Position numbers and translations under genes: made by a program. DNA of 61,154 nucleotides, filler included, from Ionaspis alba (taxonomy: Eukaryota): the NCBI GenBank assembly GCA_964255285.1. It is 3 parts of 3 records of this genome, joined end to end, with 100 filler letters (N's around TTAATTAATTAA, not from the genome) between each part and the next. Parts side by side here need not be neighbours in the genome. Positions count along the whole stretch, not along the records: positions 20,426 to 40,740 come from CAXUUL010000248.1; positions 40,841 to 61,154 come from CAXUUL010000249.1; 1 more part is not named here. The stretch is one strand, 5' to 3'. Shown here one piece after another: positions 38,277-51,028 of the stretch. Under the pieces are notes generated by a model that was not told the origin of the DNA, did no database searches, and saw only the letters and a list, made by a program, of their open reading frames with translations. Position 1 is the first letter of the stretch. The number at the start of each line of letters is the position of its first letter.

Positions 38277-39980
38277 ATGGCGACGGCTACCTCTACCAGC
38301 AACGATGATTACAGATCAAAAGGACAGCAAAGCCCATTAGCATCTCAGCGCGCAAAGCAAGGAAGTCAACCTACCGAGGGAAATCGTACGGCCAAGTTTA
38401 ATGGATACTTTCCACTGGGATATAAAGCTGGATTTAGTCAATGGGTATGCGGCTAGACGTGATCAATGAGAGGGAGCAACGGCATCTAATTAGCACAATA
38501 GTGGGCAAATGTTCCAGCGGCGTCTGCGGAACATGCTGTGTTGTCCTATGTCCCATATCTCAAGCGTCCACCGACACAGACCCAGACTGGGTCTACAATT
38601 CCGTCCGAGAGTGGTTCCACGACACCAGTGCCAGATACTAGCCTTGAACGAACTTCCTCTGTGACTACTAATACAACAAACGACCCTTATGGTCCCCGAC
38701 AATGGGACTCAACTCTTGTCAAGCTCAGCGGCAAGAATCGCGCACTGAATGAATTCTCAGTCGAGCGAACCGGTGAAGAAGCGGATCAGAACTTGGTCAT
38801 GCTCCACGGGTACGGAGCAGGTCTCGGCTTCTTCTACAAAAACTTTGAGGGACTAAGTCGAGCCACTGGTTGGAAGATATATGCCTTAGATCTATTGGGC
38901 ATGGGACGGAGCACCAGGCCACCTTTCAAGGTCCATGCTAAAGATAGACAAACCAGTATTACTGAGGCTGAGAATTGGTTCATTGATGCTCTCGAAGAAT
39001 GGCGTGTCCAGCGAAAGATTGATCGGTTCACCTTACTTGGTCACAGCCTTGGTGGCTATATGGCCGTGGCGTATGCACTTAAATATCCCGGTCACCTCAA
39101 CAAGCTTATTTTGGCATCTCCGGTAGGCATACCTGAGGATCCATACGCCGTGAATGCTGAGATGCCTGACCCCTCGGGATCCACGCTTACCAACGAATTC
39201 AGCCAGGACCAAGATGAAACAGTCAAGGGGTCCAATCCAAACCTTCCAGAAAATGCTAAAACCGGGGATAACAACAATTTTCTGAATGCGAGGTCAAAAT
39301 CAGACTCTGCAGCCCTGAAGGCGGGAAGCAAGAATGCGCCTTCGGCACCCCGCAAGCCACTCCCGAAGTGGCTCACCTATCTTTGGGATGCTAATATTTC
39401 TCCCTTCAGTCTCGTACGTTGGTCGGGTCCCCTAGGTCCTCGCTTCGTCTCCGGCTGGACCTCGCGACGGTTCTCCCATCTACCTCCCGAGGAAGCTCAG
39501 GCTCTCCATACATATGCCTATTCATTGTTCAGACAGCGTGGCAGCGGTGAATACGCTCTAGCATACATCCTCGCTCCTGGTGCTTTCGCGCGTAGTCCGC
39601 TCATCCGGCGAATCCATGGTGTCGGAAGGCAAATGATCACGACTTCCGGAGCTACCACATCGAGCGTTGCTACTGCAGAGCAACGAAAAGAGACGGGTAT
39701 TCCAATCGTCCTAATGTATGGCGAGAACGACTGGATGGATATTGCTGGCGGATATGCCGCAGAGGCGAAGTTGAAGGCAGAAAAGGAGCGAGTATTGAAG
39801 ACAGCTACAGAGGAGGAGATGAGGAACGAGCGAGGAGAGGCCAAGGTCGTTGTGATCAAGAAAGCAGGACACCATGTTTATTTGGACGGCTGGGAAGAAT
39901 TCAATGAGGTCATGCTGAAGGAAATGAAGGAAGTGCGAGAAAAGCATCTGGAGGAACCCAATAATCAACGACATGCATGA
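38277..39980 (+). CDS. ABHD4/ABHD5 (CGI-58)/Cld1/Ict1-family alpha/beta hydrolase-acyltransferase
   Basis: HGYGAGLG, DLLGMGRS.RP, GHSLGG, LASPVG, YGENDWMD and the HX4D motif HHVYLD. Intron at ~38445-38501. The true start may lie further upstream. Confidence 0.88.
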
Positions 39981-40740
39981 TTGATTGCGGCTGATTGGTC
40001 CTGGCGTACGGAGTCAGTGAATGCGACTGGAAGCGAGGACTATCGAAGGAAAGTCCATCCGGTACCTTGTTCAGGATTATTCGACCGATGCTAGTGGTGC
40101 AGACCAGCTGAAGGCCATAATGGTTAGAAAACGGCCGATTTCAGCTGTTGGTCTAGAATTATTTTATTGATTTCAAGAGAGCGAAAGTGTAATATCAAAC
40201 GAACTATGAGAGTTCGATGTCAGAATCTATGTGTAATCTTCACGGGTTGGCGCCTCTTCGCAGAAACAAGGATGTTCCATCCGTGAGTTAGATATCCTTG
40301 TGTAACTCAGGGGTAACCCTAACCCTAACGAGCCCTACAACTCGGGGATATGAGAAGAAAACCAGAAGGATGGCTTGAGTGAGTTGAGAGTGCTTTTATA
40401 TGTAACCAAAGCAATCATAGCATATAGCGAATGTTTACCTTCCCAATTCCTGTAGCTAAAATAGCTTGTCGAGAGAGTCTGCGGTCTTCCATACGAGTTG
40501 GGTCCTAGGACATATGGGAGAGAGAAACATGGGTGTCCCCAAGATGAAAGAGAACAGAGTTAAAGAGAGTGGTCCGCTTATTTTGACGTAGATGGCCGGA
40601 GATCGGTCTTACTCGAGCAAATTGACGATGAGCACGAGAGAGACACAATGAAGAACTGTATGCTGCATTGTATTTTGAAGACTAAACTATCGAGATTTAT
40701 GAGAAGAGTTCTATACGGCCGGAGCAATGGCAAGACAGAG

Positions 40741-40840
40741 NNNNNNNNNNNNNNNNNNNNNNNNNNNNNNNNNNNNNNNNNNNNTTAATTAATTAANNNN
40801 NNNNNNNNNNNNNNNNNNNNNNNNNNNNNNNNNNNNNNNN
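40741..40840. other. Scaffolding gap with artificial TTAATTAATTAA linker
   Basis: Same linker as at 20326-20425. Confidence 0.9.
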
Positions 40841-41284
40841 ACATTAGAACGCGGCTGGTAAGCTTCAAATTGACTTCCACAGTTCGGAAGAAGTCGGAGG
40901 CGGGGCTGGAGTCGCTACAATTGACTCTGGATGGTATAGTTTACGGCTTCGTGCTAAAACAACTATACTCGGATGGCAGATCGATAGTGCCGACAAGTTG
41001 CTCATATCGAGGTACTGGACCTCATAAGTGGAAATGAAGTCGTGACAGAAACCCCATTAAAGCTCAATTTTATCTGGTATCGGAGGAAAGCAAGCTATGT
41101 AACACATGCCCACGCATCGATCCCCAACATATCAAAACAAACAACCAGCAATCTCCCCCTCAAAGTCTAAGTAGCCAGCAGTCCAAGCCTTCCACAGAAA
41201 CCACCACAGCCCCCTCGAAAACTAAATCGAAAAAGCCGCAATAGCCTCTCCACCCCCTCACCGACCAACACGCTTTCACCAGAC

Positions 41285-41912
41285 CTAGTTGTTAGTCTTC
41301 TCCTTCACAACCTCCTTCGTCTGCTCCTTCTTCTGGCTCAAATAAGTGCTCAACCAAGCCAACGTATCGCTCGTAACCACCAAGCCCGTAGTAATCATCG
41401 CCTTGCCGCCGGCAACCACGCCGTCACCCCCACACTTATTGTACTCGGACGAATAAGTCTTGAAAACATAATCCTTACCCTCGAACGCCATGCGCACGGG
41501 CGCGAAGGCAAAGTCCAAGACGGTGCCCTTGATCTTCTGCGCGTCTTCCTTCACGATCGGGAACTTCTGGTCCACTTTCGTGAGGCTGCTGTCGGCCATC
41601 TCGTCCGCTTTCTCGACATAGGGTTTCACGTAGCCGTAGGGACCTTGGGCGTAGGGGAGGACGGGCGCGACGAAGGATTTGTAGCCGGTTTCGGCGACGT
41701 CGAGGGATTTTTGGCCGTAGGGGTTGGATTTGAAGGTTGAGATGGAGTCGGAGACGACGGGGTAGGATTTCAGATGCTGGGGTGATTGTTAGCGAGGTGT
41801 TGATGGTTGGGTGGGTGGTGGAGTGAGAGGAGCTTACGGAGATGAATTGAGAGGATGGCTTCTCGCCATTGACGACTGGTGAGCTCATGTTGGATTCTTC
41901 TGCGTGAGGCAT
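41285..41912 (-). CDS. CAP20: Perilipin-like lipid-droplet protein (CAP20/MPL1 family), 2 exons
   Basis: SQFISHLKSYPVVSDSISTFKSNPYGQKS and PYVEKADEMADSSLTKVDQKFPIVKE. Intron 41777-41837. Confidence 0.85.
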
Positions 41913-42996
41913 AGAGGTGATTGTTCTTGGAGTTCTGTGTTGGGATGGCAAGGTCAGATGAACAGCTCTACCAAGGTTCAGGTAACAAGATGATGGTGGT
42001 ACTGACTCAGATGATCTTGTAGATGATTGAAAGAGTTCTCGTGATTGAATCTGAAGTCGGATTCTATGCGAGTGTGGAATGAAAAGGATGATCAAAGGAA
42101 AGAATCAAGGTGACGGGAAGCTGTTGAGATAGGGAACTCGCGACCCAAGAAAAGCATGTGAAGAACCAAAAAAGTCCAACCGCCTGGGATCCCTGTTTTT
42201 CCCTCTACTCGTAATGATGCACCAGCAGATTGTGAAGATTTCCTACCTGCTACCGGCGCACAGAAGCGCTCTTACGAGATAGCGGCCGGACCACCAAATC
42301 ACAACAAGGCTTTCACGAGCTCGTTGCCCTGGGTCTGGAGATTGCAATTCACCTGCTTTCTTGTTGGGGGATGGAGGGGTGATTGCTGACATGTGAAGGT
42401 GACGAAGATTGCAGGGATGAAGATTCGATAGCGACCAACGGCCCCATGCGGCTCGTGCAAATGACAGGGGCAGGTGGCACGACCACCAAAATCTTCGCCA
42501 CATCTTGACCATGGGTGTCAACGTGGCCGAGGCGTTTTTGCGACGCCAGATAAACGCCGACGTTACAATTTTCTCCATGATCTGGAGAGGAACAACCTGC
42601 ATCACGTTGTGTCAGGTCAGTGACCTTGAATTGCTCGATTTACAGAGGCGTTGTGTCACCAGCGATCAGTGAGTTCGTGCAATAAAGCTGCCATGATTTC
42701 TGTCTCCACCCTGGCGCGACCACAGCCACAAAGGGCTTAGAGTTGCGCCACCAGACGAGGAAGTGCTTCCGTGCGCATCCTAAACGGTGTTTANNNNNNN
42801 NNNNNNNNNNNNNNNNNNNNNNNNNNNNNNNNNNNNNNNNNNNNNNNNNNNNNNNNNNNNNNNNNNNNNNNNNNNNNNNNNNNNNNNNNNNNNGCAATGC
42901 AATCTCTTTTCAGTCGGTCCCATCAGAAGTAGGAATATATCGGAACTTTAGTTTCCATCTTCAATTTCCGGAGCAGGAAATGACAAGTAATGTTTG

Positions 42997-43250
42997 TCAG
43001 CATTCATCCTCTGTATGCTCGACCAGATGGACAAGGAGAACACAGACTGGCAGCAACGAACAGCCAAACAGTAGCAGCAGACAGAAACACCTCGGAAGAA
43101 ATTTTGCCCTTGCAGTCAGTTTTGTGTCTTCCCGGACATTGATTCCGGCTTCGAGTACTCGGATGCTCTCTTCTAGCTTTTGCTCCTCCAATCGCCTTTT
43201 TCCTTCCTTTGAATCCAGTATGCCGATTCGACAAAGTAGCTGATGACAAA
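42997..43250 (-). CDS. Possible coiled-coil + transmembrane protein fragment
   Basis: One frame reads RIGILDSKEGKRRLEEQKLEESIRVLEAG followed by the hydrophobic stretch CFCLLLLFGCSLLPVCVLLV. Start and end are unclear, and it lies next to a gap. Confidence 0.25.
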
Positions 43251-43497
43251 TTGGATGTCTCTGTCTCCGACGATTGTCTACTACTGTAGTGCACAGAGGT
43301 CAAGCCTTCTGGCATAAGTATTAGGGATGTTTTGTTAGAACGATGATTTGGCTGTCCGTGCTTCTTGTTCTGCATGCGGGAATTTCACCAACGACGATTC
43401 CTTGGGAGAAGAGAAACATGTCTTCCCTTCTTACCCATTGATGAAGCGCTCATCATTCGTACCTAGAGGTTGGTGCCAATTCCAAGCTCTATCGAGG

Positions 43498-43743
43498 CCG
43501 AGGCGCAGGAGCGAAATTCGCGACACGAATAATACATATCTATCACTAAATTGAATATATTTCTGTTTTTTTGACGACCTCTTTCAATTGATAATGATAA
43601 TATAAATAAATAGAATATAACGAGATACGCAATAAGCATTCATTCGAAATTTGATGATATAAAGAAAAATATATTTTCCATAATATCTGTGTTCGTTAGA
43701 AATTCCCTCTCTATATATCGTTAATTTTGCTCGTTCGCCTCGG
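43498..43743. mobile_element. MITE-like non-autonomous element (246 bp, imperfect 26-bp TIRs, AT-rich core)
   Basis: 43498-43523 (ccgaggcgcaggagcgaaattcgcga) matches the reverse complement of 43718-43743 (ccgaggcgaacgagcaaaattaacga) at 21/26 positions. The interior is strongly AT-rich. No clear TSD. Confidence 0.5.
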
Positions 43744-44218
43744 ATCTGTCGTCATAGCCAGTCTGCAAGATACGTACGCGGCTTACCGGAAATCGACGAG
43801 TCAAACGGCAATTTAGTGGGTAAGCAACTGAGTGTCACCTGGAACTTGTGTGTATTTGGTAGCCTCAAGGGGCTCAAAACTGTTGACTTCCACGTAATTT
43901 GTGGCACAAGTCCTTTCGATTTGGCGACCAACCCAAGTGAAAATGGTCGTTTGCACATTCCAATTGCTTCTACTCATAGGCAGTGGAGATGCTGTTGACA
44001 GTATTCATCCTCTATCAATCGCTATAATCCAAGTATATCAACTCCAGCCCTTTATATTGAACTCCCCGGAATACTATTTGGAAATGAGTTCCAAAGCTTA
44101 ACGAATTGCTCCTCAAAAAAACGTCAGACCCTAACCTAACAACACGTCATAAATCTCCGGACATTATCCTTAATGACTAGCCAGTCATTGGCTTGTCAAC
44201 AACATATGCTTGAAGATC

Positions 44219-45091
44219 CTACTTGGCTCCCATCAGTGGGTCGACAAGCCTGTATGGCCGTGAGCGAGGATGCGTGGAATTATGTTCGAACTTCAAGCCT
44301 AGGACTTGTTGGGCAGCGGCAAACAAATCTTTCTCAAGACGCGAACCTTGTTTCCACAAGGTATCGTACAACCCACGACCCAAGGTTCTCAAATCCGTAT
44401 CTTCGTATACACGAACCACCCGGGTCGTAAGATCCACTCGGAATCTTTTCACCATCAAGAGTAGACCTGCCAAGAATTCGTGTTCTTTCTGCCGTGTATT
44501 GAAGGTTGCCTGCCACGCCGTTTGCGTCCTCGAATTCTCCTTCCATATTGCTGCAACAACGGCGACAAGAAAACAAACCGCGAATGTTGTGGCAAAGAAA
44601 GAGATCACAGATCCGATCAAGCCTCCTAGCAAAGACCATCCAGGGTGCCTCGGAATGTGCTCTGCTTCTCCATGAATATGGACTGAGCCCGTAGTTGTGA
44701 TACGGCGTTCTGCTGCCACCGCTCTGGCCACTTCAGCTCCGGCCGCTCTCTGTGCGACATTCTCAACATCTCCTCGAGTCACAACTTCACCTTCCCATGC
44801 TCGTAGTTGTTCTTTTATTATCTGGAGCTGTACCTCTGATTGAAGTAATCGTTCTTCTTTCATCTGGTCCCGTATCTCCAATCGATGTACTCTTTCTCTC
44901 ATGTTCACCTCATCAATTGGGATTGACACTCTTAAAAAATTCGATACGTGGTTGGTCGCATCAGACTGTTGATCGTTATCACTCATTGAGGCTGTCAAGC
45001 CTGTCTGCATATCGGAAGACTCTGTTTCGATCGAGGCGTGATTATGGTTGTTGGGAGATCTTCTTTGACTGCGGGTAGACCGAGGAGCCAT
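44219..45091 (-). CDS. Hypothetical coiled-coil protein with a central transmembrane segment
   Basis: 290-aa ATG-started ORF with a heptad-like region and the hydrophobic stretch WSLLGGLIGSVISFFATTFAVCFLVAVVAAIW. Confidence 0.6.
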   Translation of the reverse strand: MAPRSTRSQRRSPNNHNHASIETESSDMQTGLTASMSDNDQQSDATNHVSNFLRVSIPIDEVNMRERVHRLEIRDQMKEERLLQSEVQLQIIKEQLRAWEGEVVTRGDVENVAQRAAGAEVARAVAAERRITTTGSVHIHGEAEHIPRHPGWSLLGGLIGSVISFFATTFAVCFLVAVVAAIWKENSRTQTAWQATFNTRQKEHEFLAGLLLMVKRFRVDLTTRVVRVYEDTDLRTLGRGLYDTLWKQGSRLEKDLFAAAQQVLGLKFEHNSTHPRSRPYRLVDPLMGAK

Positions 45092-45704
45092 CTTGAGTGC
45101 CGTGTTGTGTAGAAATGTAACGAGGTCCGTACATGACTATATATCATATTTTTGACAGCCTGCTTAAACTCTCAAGAGACACTGGTGGTTGATTGAAGAC
45201 TGCCTAGCTGGTGGCTATCAAGGCTGAGCCCCGCAGCAAGTGTGCCTTGAGGGGCACAGATGATTGCTGTGCCTCGTGTGCCGTCTCTTCGTCCTGCAGT
45301 AGCGCCAAAACTTTCAGCTTTATGTGTATCGTGCAGGACACCAATCTTGATCAGTGTAGTATCGACCAGGTACCGCCTGCGAGTACACCAGCATTGTCAG
45401 CTTTGTACCTCGAACTCCTAGGAAAGTGCATGCTTCGCCGTCAAAATTGCTTCTTCCCAAGCCCTTAGCCTGAGAGTCGCTGTGGCGCAATGAACAACAC
45501 TCGCTTAGAGGCAGCAGACGACAAGAGAGCGCTATTATTAAATGGTCTTATCGAAGCTAGACGTCATATCCATCGATTTTTGCACAGAGACTAGTCCACA
45601 TCATCAACCGTGTCATCAAATCATAAACACATGCAAGTGCCAAGGGTATTCTCCAACGTGCCTGACATCCGCAAATCACATCCAAGCCACAACGCCAGCA
45701 CTGT

Positions 45705-47256
45705 TCAGTACCAAGGGAAGTCCGCCTCCTCCAACCTCGTGCAAGTTAGATAACCCAACCCTCCACCATCTCTCCCCAAGTCCAGCTCCAAATAGTTGCG
45801 CATCAAAGGCTTCACGATCTCCTTCGCAAGCCCTTTGACCTCATCCATCTTTCTTTCCAGCTTCTTGAGATTCTCCCGACTGTAATCCTCTGGCTTGAGT
45901 TTCTGAAACCGTTTCAGCTCCTCATGTCCCAGATAAGCCGGTCCGCCTTGACCAAGCAGCCGATAGATCCGTCCCGTGTTCACCACCGGAGGCGGAGAAG
46001 GAAGTGCTGCCGTTCTAGAGTCAGGATTCGGCGTCTTTGTAATGGGCGGCGGTGGTGGAGTGGTATTATCTGCCAGCCAGTGCCGGAAAAGAGAGACCAC
46101 CGTCCACTCCAGATAGGCGTTCGAAGGCGTAATTCGCTCGCCTCGGTGGGTAGTGAGTGTCAGGCGGAAGAGCCGGCCTTCAATCTTGGCTTTCAGATCT
46201 TCGAGCTCGTCGACTTTGTCTTCGATGAGCTCTAGCACGGAATCGGGGATGTTTCGTAGTTGGGCTGACCCGGCGGGCCATTGCCCGACGACATGGACTA
46301 AGGCTTCTGCGAAGATGACTTTTGAGCGCGCGAGGTAGCCGAGCTTGAGATAGCTCGGTGGGTATTTGGCGATCTGTTTCCAGAGCCGACTTTGGAATTG
46401 TAGCAGATGGTGATCAATACGCGGACCGACGACTTCGAGGGCATCGTACATGTCAGCTAGATTGAGGAGGCTTTTACATTGAACGTAGGCTTCTGTAATG
46501 TTGATGCCGTCCAAAGCGGGTGGGTAGTTATAGAAGATGCGGAAGAGATTGTCGTAGTCTCGGATTATTTGGTTATCTGGATTGATAGGTACATTGCTTT
46601 GAGGTATATGGATGGCGGATTGCATGGCAGATATTGATCGGAAGAAGCCGCTCGACGGCGCCGGAGGCTTGTTGCGCACTGGTGGTGGCCGTGGTGTATG
46701 ATCCCCGCCAAACAATGTAGGTTGGATCGTCTGCTGCAATGGTCAGTAATCTGCTCTTTAAAGGGTTGACTGGGTTTTAGACCTTTTGTACTAGCATAGG
46801 GACTTCATCCTCTTGAGTTCCAGCATCCAGCTCATATCTCCAGAAAGGTCTCTGCATAGGTCGAATACTAGAGCCAGGACTCCCTACTTGGCTACCCTCT
46901 TCCTCCTCTCCAATTCTCGCCAGACCCCTTTCCGACGCCTGCGTCGGGCTCTGGCCTTGGTTTTGCGCCTGTGCACGCGACCATTCTTCGCTCGTACCCG
47001 CCTCGAAGAAGCCCGAGCACTGCGCTAAGATAAGTCGATGTAGTAGATATCTCTTCTCCTGTCCGTCCGCATTTACAACTATCTCAACATCTCCAGTATG
47101 TGCGAAGTTTGGGAATTCGTTTTGGGGCGTGTAGGATGTGCCGCCATGATGAGAGCGGTTGGATCGGTGGCGGCGGGTAGTTGTGCTTCGAGTGGAGGTA
47201 GAAGGAGGTCTCCTTATGGCAAGAGCCTGGTCTGCGGCCTGAGGATGGGAGACCAT
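45705..47256 (-). CDS. Conserved fungal protein with an N-terminal BTB/POZ-like domain, 2 exons
   Basis: GDVEIVV...YLLHRLILAQCSGFFEA (BTB-like), YDNLFRIFYN and LNLADMYDAL. Intron at ~46734-46782. Confidence 0.75.
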
Positions 47257-49263
47257 GGGGCTTGAGAGGTCGTATGAGGATGCGGCGAAAGTTGTCATGA
47301 GAGCGCGATGATTTTCATGGCAGTTCTGCTGCGAAAAGCGCAAAACAAGGCAGACTCGGTCAAGGGGCCGGTATTTGGTATCTGTTCTTGCAAGGCTCTT
47401 AAGGTGTTAATGAAATCCTCAAAACAACGATGCGCTCGTCCTACGACGGAGAGAAATGCTGAAAGTGCCTGAGAGAATGTCGAGTCTGCCTTTCATCTGA
47501 TATTGACAGAGACCTCGAGTAAGGCCGCAGGACCGCAAACAGAGGGGTCCTCGGCCCAATCATGAAACTTGGGGGCGTCGCGCTAGAACAACGGTATCGA
47601 TAAAGCTGCATACGCGAGGAGAATGGTGGGTGGTGCTTTCTGCACCGCGTGCAGAGGCGTCGGGCACGAACGAGACGTGCTCGTTCATGAAAGGTTCGTG
47701 TTCTTTTGGCGTTGAGTACACGTTTGTATGTCAGATCCTTCGAACGGCGTGTTCTGCACGTTGTTCCTAAAGTGTCAAGATGAGGATATGACAAGTGCTC
47801 TATGCCGCCAATAACCGCCTCCCTGATCTGGGATCCACAGGAAAATCGAGGATAGATTGTGATTGGCTTCCATGCACCTTTCAACAATCATCCCTTTATG
47901 CGTAGAACAAGCAGCTATGTGGATAAGTATCACACACTAACTCCAACTCGATGGCTCGAGTAAGGATTCCAGAGTCGTCAGCAACATGAACCGGTCGATT
48001 TCTGTCCGTGACAAAGCAGCCTCCTTCGATGTCTGCAGATTTTTGATTCTTTTCCCACTCCATGTATATACATTAATAATCTGCATAGTTTCATTACGTA
48101 TGTCAATCGTTCTTTCGGGATTAAAGAGGATCCTCCTTCTCCTACAGTCGACTTTACTTCAGCCCAAAGATTGCAAAAATTCATCCCCGAAGATTTGTAG
48201 TCTACCTATTCCTGAGTCGTCAGAAAGGGTTAAGTACTCCCTGCGGGTCAGATCCGCAAACTGTATGACCCTCCCTAGAATCAGCCAGCGAGCTGCTGCG
48301 GACGCCTTTCTGAGACCAAATGGTGGACTCGGTCTCTGCGAGAACGATCTCCAGGTTTTGTACTGCTGTTGACCTTCGTAGGATCGCAGCTAAGGAAACG
48401 GCAAAGGCGGGTATCTGCAGGAGCTGTCACGGATCCCTAGCGCCTGGAGCAAGAATGATTCTTGTTACCTACTGGTATAGCGGAAAGTCAGTGTAGCGAA
48501 AGTCTTCTAGCCTCAGATGGGGCAAGTCGACGGCAGCGATGCATTCTTCGTCCGGGTAAAGCTCAAGAGTGATACCGCGGTTGCAGTCTCGTTCAATTCA
48601 GTGGTTACTAAAGCGTATATGTCTGCAAGTTCCTAAAATCGCAAATCTTCTTTTTCCTTTCCTTAGATACGAGCCAAGATGAAATGGCCTTGAAAATATC
48701 TGAAGCCACGCTTTGATATACAGGCATTCGAGGAACAACAGAGTGCCGTCACATCATACAACGAAATTCGAGAGGAAATCTCCCTAGTGTGCCGAGCGAC
48801 ACGTTGACGAACTTACGTAGAGTCTCGTGGACAACGCTTTGCAGAGGGAAAATTAGGTAGGCAACTATAGATCTGCTGAAGTCTTCGAACCACGTCAATT
48901 GGGGATGAGATGGATGGAAGCGCGTCTTTCATTCAATACACCATCAGTTCTATAGGAGTCTGATTTGGAATGATGTTCGCATTTCCTTACCATGGTTGAG
49001 AGCAGAAGAAGCCTTCGCAAAACCACGCTCAAGTCTTCCCAGATAGCCCCTCGTCTAACAACAAAAGCGGGATGAAATACTCCTCCAAGCTGGAAGCACC
49101 TCAGAAGTCCTTCTAAGATCAGGCCATATGCTTCTCCCACATGGCAAGTCGCAAATAATTCTCTCATCGAAGATCGGGCTCTCTCACCTCATACCGACTC
49201 GTCAAAGCCTCCCACATTGGATGACATGTCCTCGACTCATGTATGGATCCATGAGAGCCACTC

Positions 49264-50372
49264 TCATTGCAGGACCCTGTGAATAAGACCGTCGTGCACG
49301 AACTCTGTCATGACTCTCTTGAGAGGCCTGGTATCCGTATCGGCTTCATCGTATCCACGTTTCCTCGTTCCTAATGGTTCTTTGTTGCTTCCACTCCGTC
49401 GAGGTTTCACCGGTACCAGGTCCTGTGATGCTGGTACTATGGCAAGTTCATCGGCAGCATCCTCTCTTGCTCTGAGTAAAGCTCTCAGGGGTAGCTCGGG
49501 AACTTGCACTCCGGGCTTGCTCGTCCGGGGCTGCTCAGGTTGACGTAGCTCAGTAATTACTGTCTTACGTTCTTCGTTTGTCCCTTGCCAGCGGCCTTGG
49601 CGTGTTGGATGGGATGACCTACCAAGTGGTAATGGTAAGTCGACCTTATGCTTGACTTCAGGACGAGACTCAACAGTCGGTGGAATCGGAATTGGAGCCC
49701 AACGATCAGGGTACAAGTCATGTGTCTGACTTGCGGCCCCTGGGGTACGCGCGGAATAGGTATCAATGGCTCGGAACTTGTCGTCCACACCCTTCACAGC
49801 ATTTATCAATCGGCATAATGAGTTCCAATCGGATGTATCGAAGCCGTTATCGGCGGCAGCTTGGGCGATCGCTGCATTGCGGCCAGTGAGTGCTGGTTCT
49901 GGCAGTAGAATAAGTCACTAGAAGGAACAAATAATATCGTGAAGGAAGTTGAGATGGCTAACTTACGATGGTAACCAAAGTGTCTAGGTTCCTCTGAGGG
50001 AAGTGCATCCAATGTATGAGAGTAAAGACAGTCGTCTTCGTGGTAGATGCATTGACCCTTGGTCCAGAAGTAGCATTGATAAGGCAACGGCGGGCTCATA
50101 TATCCCGTATGGTAGTGAGCGTACTGACATGGCTTAGGATATGTACTGCAGCCCGAGGCACTGCATTTCCAGTGCCTGCAGGTCAGATGTTTCAATGGTA
50201 TCGATGGTGTGTACCTGGACGCCCCTTGAAAATGGTACATGCCACGAGAGTCACAGTATATATCAATTGAACCACAGTGCTTCGAGGAGGATGTCTGGTG
50301 TGATGGGCGATAGTAGTCGCTGTATGCTGGTCTGTAGAGGCTTGTACCCCCCGAAAAGATGAAGTCACCCAT
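49264..50372 (-). CDS. Tandem CCCH zinc-finger protein, 2 exons
   Basis: CRHWKCSASGCSTYPKPCQYAH and CYFWTKGQCIYHEDDCLYSH. An intron at 49899-49966 joins the two ORFs in frame. Confidence 0.7.
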
Positions 50373-51028
50373 AGTGATTGAGGCAGAGTAGAGAATAGCT
50401 TTGTTACCACGAAGTACTACATGAAATCCTCAGGCTAGGTAAACACGATGGATTCATGTTATGTTGTCTGGTGCATGTGAGGTTGACATTGACGATGGTG
50501 GAATTCGGCAATGTGTTTCTGCTTCGCTCTTGCTTCATTATAGGTAGACAAGCGAAGGCCACCGCGTAACGTCATCGACTTGGGCAAAAAACCCTAAGGT
50601 GGTATCCATTTCAGCTATGGCTGGAAGGTAATTTCAGGAATTGAGGCAACATGTAGTCCCGGATCCATTCCAAGGACAGGGCACAACAGGGAGGCGAAAT
50701 TGTGTGTTGGAAATGTGCGACTGGAGTATCAGAGGCCAAGGCCATGAACAGCGCCTTGTGACATGACTTCACCTAGAGTCTAGCAACACTACCAACAACA
50801 GGGACGGGAACGATGTTTGTTTGGTACATGAACAGTCTGAGTAGAACCATAGACAATGATGGTATCATAGGTCGTACAAGCCTCGTCATGCACATAGCAG
50901 ATCTCAGATCCAGCCACTGCAGATACTTGCGCTTTCCGAGTCCGCTCACGCACAAGTCCCAAGGCACTCCAGAGCTTCTTAACGAATCTAATGCGCTATC
51001 CCTGGTTCTCCTACTGCTTTTTGGACGG

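Noticed and set aside
40314..40329. TAACCCTAACCCTAAC telomere-like repeat (a shorter one lies near 44128)
   Set aside because: Only about two units, too short to call an interstitial telomere. It could be chance or a Tbf1-type site.
47300..49200. Several 60-150-aa ORFs in a long intergenic stretch
   Set aside because: No domain motifs or consistent splice model. Probably promoter/UTR sequence.
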